In this document: positions 61,286 to 64,000 of the stretch, in pieces | Layout: each line of letters opens with the position of its first letter | Position numbering within the stretch: the first letter of the stretch is position 1 | Assembly (NCBI GenBank): GCA_964016885.1 | Contig: OZ024757.1 | Location: forward strand, 40,300,001 to 40,364,000 | Direction: 5' to 3' | DNA: 64,000 bases | Source of the DNA: Eledone cirrhosa | Lineage: Eukaryota | The notes under the pieces: model-generated | Told to the model about the DNA's origin: nothing | The model's input: the letters and a program-made list of their open reading frames with translations, nothing else | Database searches by the model: none | Made by a program: the position numbers and the translations under genes

Positions 61286-61939
61286 TGTTCAATACAAACT
61301 GATGGGAAAAAATCAGTGCAAACAAATTTTCGCAGAAAAATATCTTACCTTCTCCAATAAAAATTATGTATTTTGCGATATCCAGAGACTTTCAATAATG
61401 ACATTTGGTCTTTCACACTCAATCAATATATATATGGAAGTGCGTGTATATGTGTTCATTTCCATTTGTATATATAGATTTATATATAGGTATACATAAA
61501 AAGTTTTCAACTTTACAAAAATCCCTCGGGATCTAATCGACATTACATATATATAAGTAAATATATATGTGTGTGTGTGTGCGTGTGTGTGTGAGCGTGT
61601 GCGTGTGTATATATATATGTATGTATATAACACAACGACGCCTGTAATTCTACTGAAGCATTCTTACCAATATCTTCGTCGTTCGAAGGGGATTGTTAGG
61701 GGTAAGCAAGCAAGAGTTAGCAGGATGAAAAGATGATATATCTTAGAGATAATATATATGAATCGATCAATATGTACAGATTGAGAAGAGGATCTTTGGA
61801 TACAATTTTATTAACATATTTGTATTTCTATTTACGTGACATGTTTCCAAATATTGTTTTATAATATTTTAGGTGTTGTTGTTTAAAGTTGTCGTCTCTC
61901 ATCTTTCTATTTCACGTCATTTCTCTTCTTTACGCTAAT

Positions 61940-61978
<39 letters not shown>

Positions 61979-61980
<2 letters not shown>

Positions 61981-62164
61981 CAAAGAGGGTAGATAAGATA
62001 CCACGTCGGCCATAACGCACCAGAATACGCAATACTTACGATAGAAGAGTGGGTAATAGGAAAAGAGTCAGGACCCCCACGGCTGAGCTCCGGCCGTTTC
62101 GACAGCTAGTTCGGATCTAGCTGTCAAAATGACCGAAGCTCAGACGTCGGGGTCCTGACTCTTC
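61979..62164. mobile_element. Family C HHR-bearing element, second subfamily, fold-back copy
   Basis: ccataacgcacca...gagtgggtaatagg...ggctgagctccggccgtttc-gacagctag-ttcggat-ctagctgtc-...gtcggggtcctgactctt. Confidence 0.85.
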
Positions 62165-62208
62165 AGAGAGAGAGAGAGAGAGAGAGGCTAACTAATAATC
62201 GAAGCTTC

Positions 62209-62398
62209 GCGGTGGATTGGCAGTATCGGTAGAGGGTCGGACGCCATGCTTTGACGTATAGAGTTACGGCCCTTGCCATTCTGGGTTCAAATCCCGCCGA
62301 GGTTAACTTTGCCTTTCATCCTTACGGGGTCGATAAAATAAAGTACTAGTAATGTACTGGGTAATTGCTGGCCTTGTGCCAAAAGTAGAAACAATTAT
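62209..62398 (+). mobile_element. SINE family A, near-full copy
   Basis: A-box, B-box ggttcaaatcc, body and tail are all present. Confidence 0.92.
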
Positions 62399-62879
62399 GT
62401 TGACTAGGTAATATAGTTTAATAATGGAGCGTTGAAAGCGTATGAACAGGAAAAAAAAAAATACATGTGAATGTATGTTATTGTTCTCGTGATATGTAAT
62501 GGATGAACGCCATCTAATCCTATTTTAATGCATTGGAATCTTTTTATCGAGGAAAATCAGTAGTAACAAGTTTCTATTGTAGGAATAATTTATTTCTTGT
62601 CAAAGTATCTCTTATAAGGATGCAGCTGTAAGAGGATCTTTGAAGAGAAATTGCGGCGGGCGCTTGCTATATAACCAGATTGTCATAAGATATAAATACA
62701 TTTAGAATATTCAAAGAGTAATGGTAAGGAAATAAATGAATGGATATTATACTGAAACCAGATTTTCATTTCAATCAGCTCAAAATGACAGAGAATTGTG
62801 TTAGGAATCCCCGTGGCACTCACAATGATGAAACAATTCATCAAGTATCGTCTACAGTATTGAAAAGAAAACAATTGCA

Positions 62880-63215
62880 TAGAAGGAAAGGAATAAATAC
62901 GAGAGAGGGGGGTATAGATAAGGGGTACAAAGAGGGGGAGAGGGTATAGATAAGGGGGACAGAGAGAGGGGGAGAGTATAGATAAGAGGGACATAGAGGG
63001 GGGTGAGTATCAATGAGAGAGAGAGAGAGAGCGTATGTGTAGATAAGAGAGAAAGATATTGGAGACGAAAAATGTGAGATTTTGTGTGAGAGTGGGAGAG
63101 AGTGTGATATCTGTACATAAAAGTATATGAGAGATGTGTGTGTGTGTGTGTGTGGAGATAAATCTATGTGAGTGTGTATGTATAAGTACGTGTGTGTGTA
63201 TGTATCTCTCTCTCA

Positions 63216-63246
<31 letters not shown>

Positions 63247-63858
63247 TGAGTGAAAGAGATGGGAAGAGAGAGGTGGGAAGAGAGAGAGAAGAGAAAGTAA
63301 AAGCAATGGATATATATATATATATATATAACAGTCGACAGATTATGATTATTTACAGTATAATGAAGAGGAGAGGGAGGTAGAGGAGGTGTATATGATA
63401 TAGATTTGGTGGATTGGAAATAGAGGCGTTGTAGAGAAGGAGGAGGTTAGAAGAAGGGGAGGAGGTTACAGAAGGGAAAGAGAAGTGTGAGAATGGAAAA
63501 ATAGAAAGGAGGGTAAGAAAACGAAAGGAGGGAGGGTGAGAGAGAGAGAGAGAGAGTCAGGATGAGATAGTAGAAAGAGAAGCAGAGACAGAGAGAGAAA
63601 GAGAGAGAGAGTCAGGATGAGAGAGAGAGAGGATGAGATATAGAGAGAGAGAGGATGAGATATAGAGAGAGAGAGGATGAGATATAGAGAGATAGAGGAT
63701 GAGATATAGAGAGAGAGAGGATGATATATATAGAGAGAGAATGAGATAGAGAGAGAGAGAGATGAGATAGAGAGAGAGATAGAGAGAGAGAAAGGATGAG
63801 ATAGATAGAGAGAGAGAGAGAGAGGATGAGATAGAGAGAGAGATGATGAGATAGAGAA

Positions 63859-63894
<36 letters not shown>

Positions 63895-64000
63895 CGAGAT
63901 AGAAGCAGAGAGAGAAAGAGCTAGAGGAGAGAGAGAAGGATAATACAAGAGAAAGTATACAGAGTAAGAGGAGAGAAAGAAGGATAATACAAGAGAAAGT
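62880..64000. repeat. GA-rich low complexity including (ggatgagatatagagagaga)n
   Basis: Direct reading. Confidence 0.88.

Overview
Eukaryotic, very AT-rich, repeat-saturated DNA, most likely intronic or intergenic. The SINE, mariner and MITE families resemble those I recall from octopod cephalopod genomes; this is an inference, not a database result. Roughly half the window is (TA)n/(TACA)n-type, GA-rich or triplet microsatellite, which explains nearly all entries in the ORF track. I can support no protein-coding gene with confidence. The rest is tRNA-derived SINEs (several families), non-autonomous Helitron, mariner and MITE pieces, and decayed LINE fragments. The most striking structure is a set of short (60-400 bp) elements from several sequence-unrelated families. 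They carry type I hammerhead ribozyme (HHR) motifs of the kind known from Penelope-like elements (PLE). Their 3' ends usually abut (TA)n tracts, and they often occur as fold-back palindromes that turn round at the ribozyme stem II. Also notable are two copies of a palindromic element built from two convergent tRNA-like heads (60.2-61.3 kb) and a promoter or first-exon-like island at 28.9-29.1 kb.
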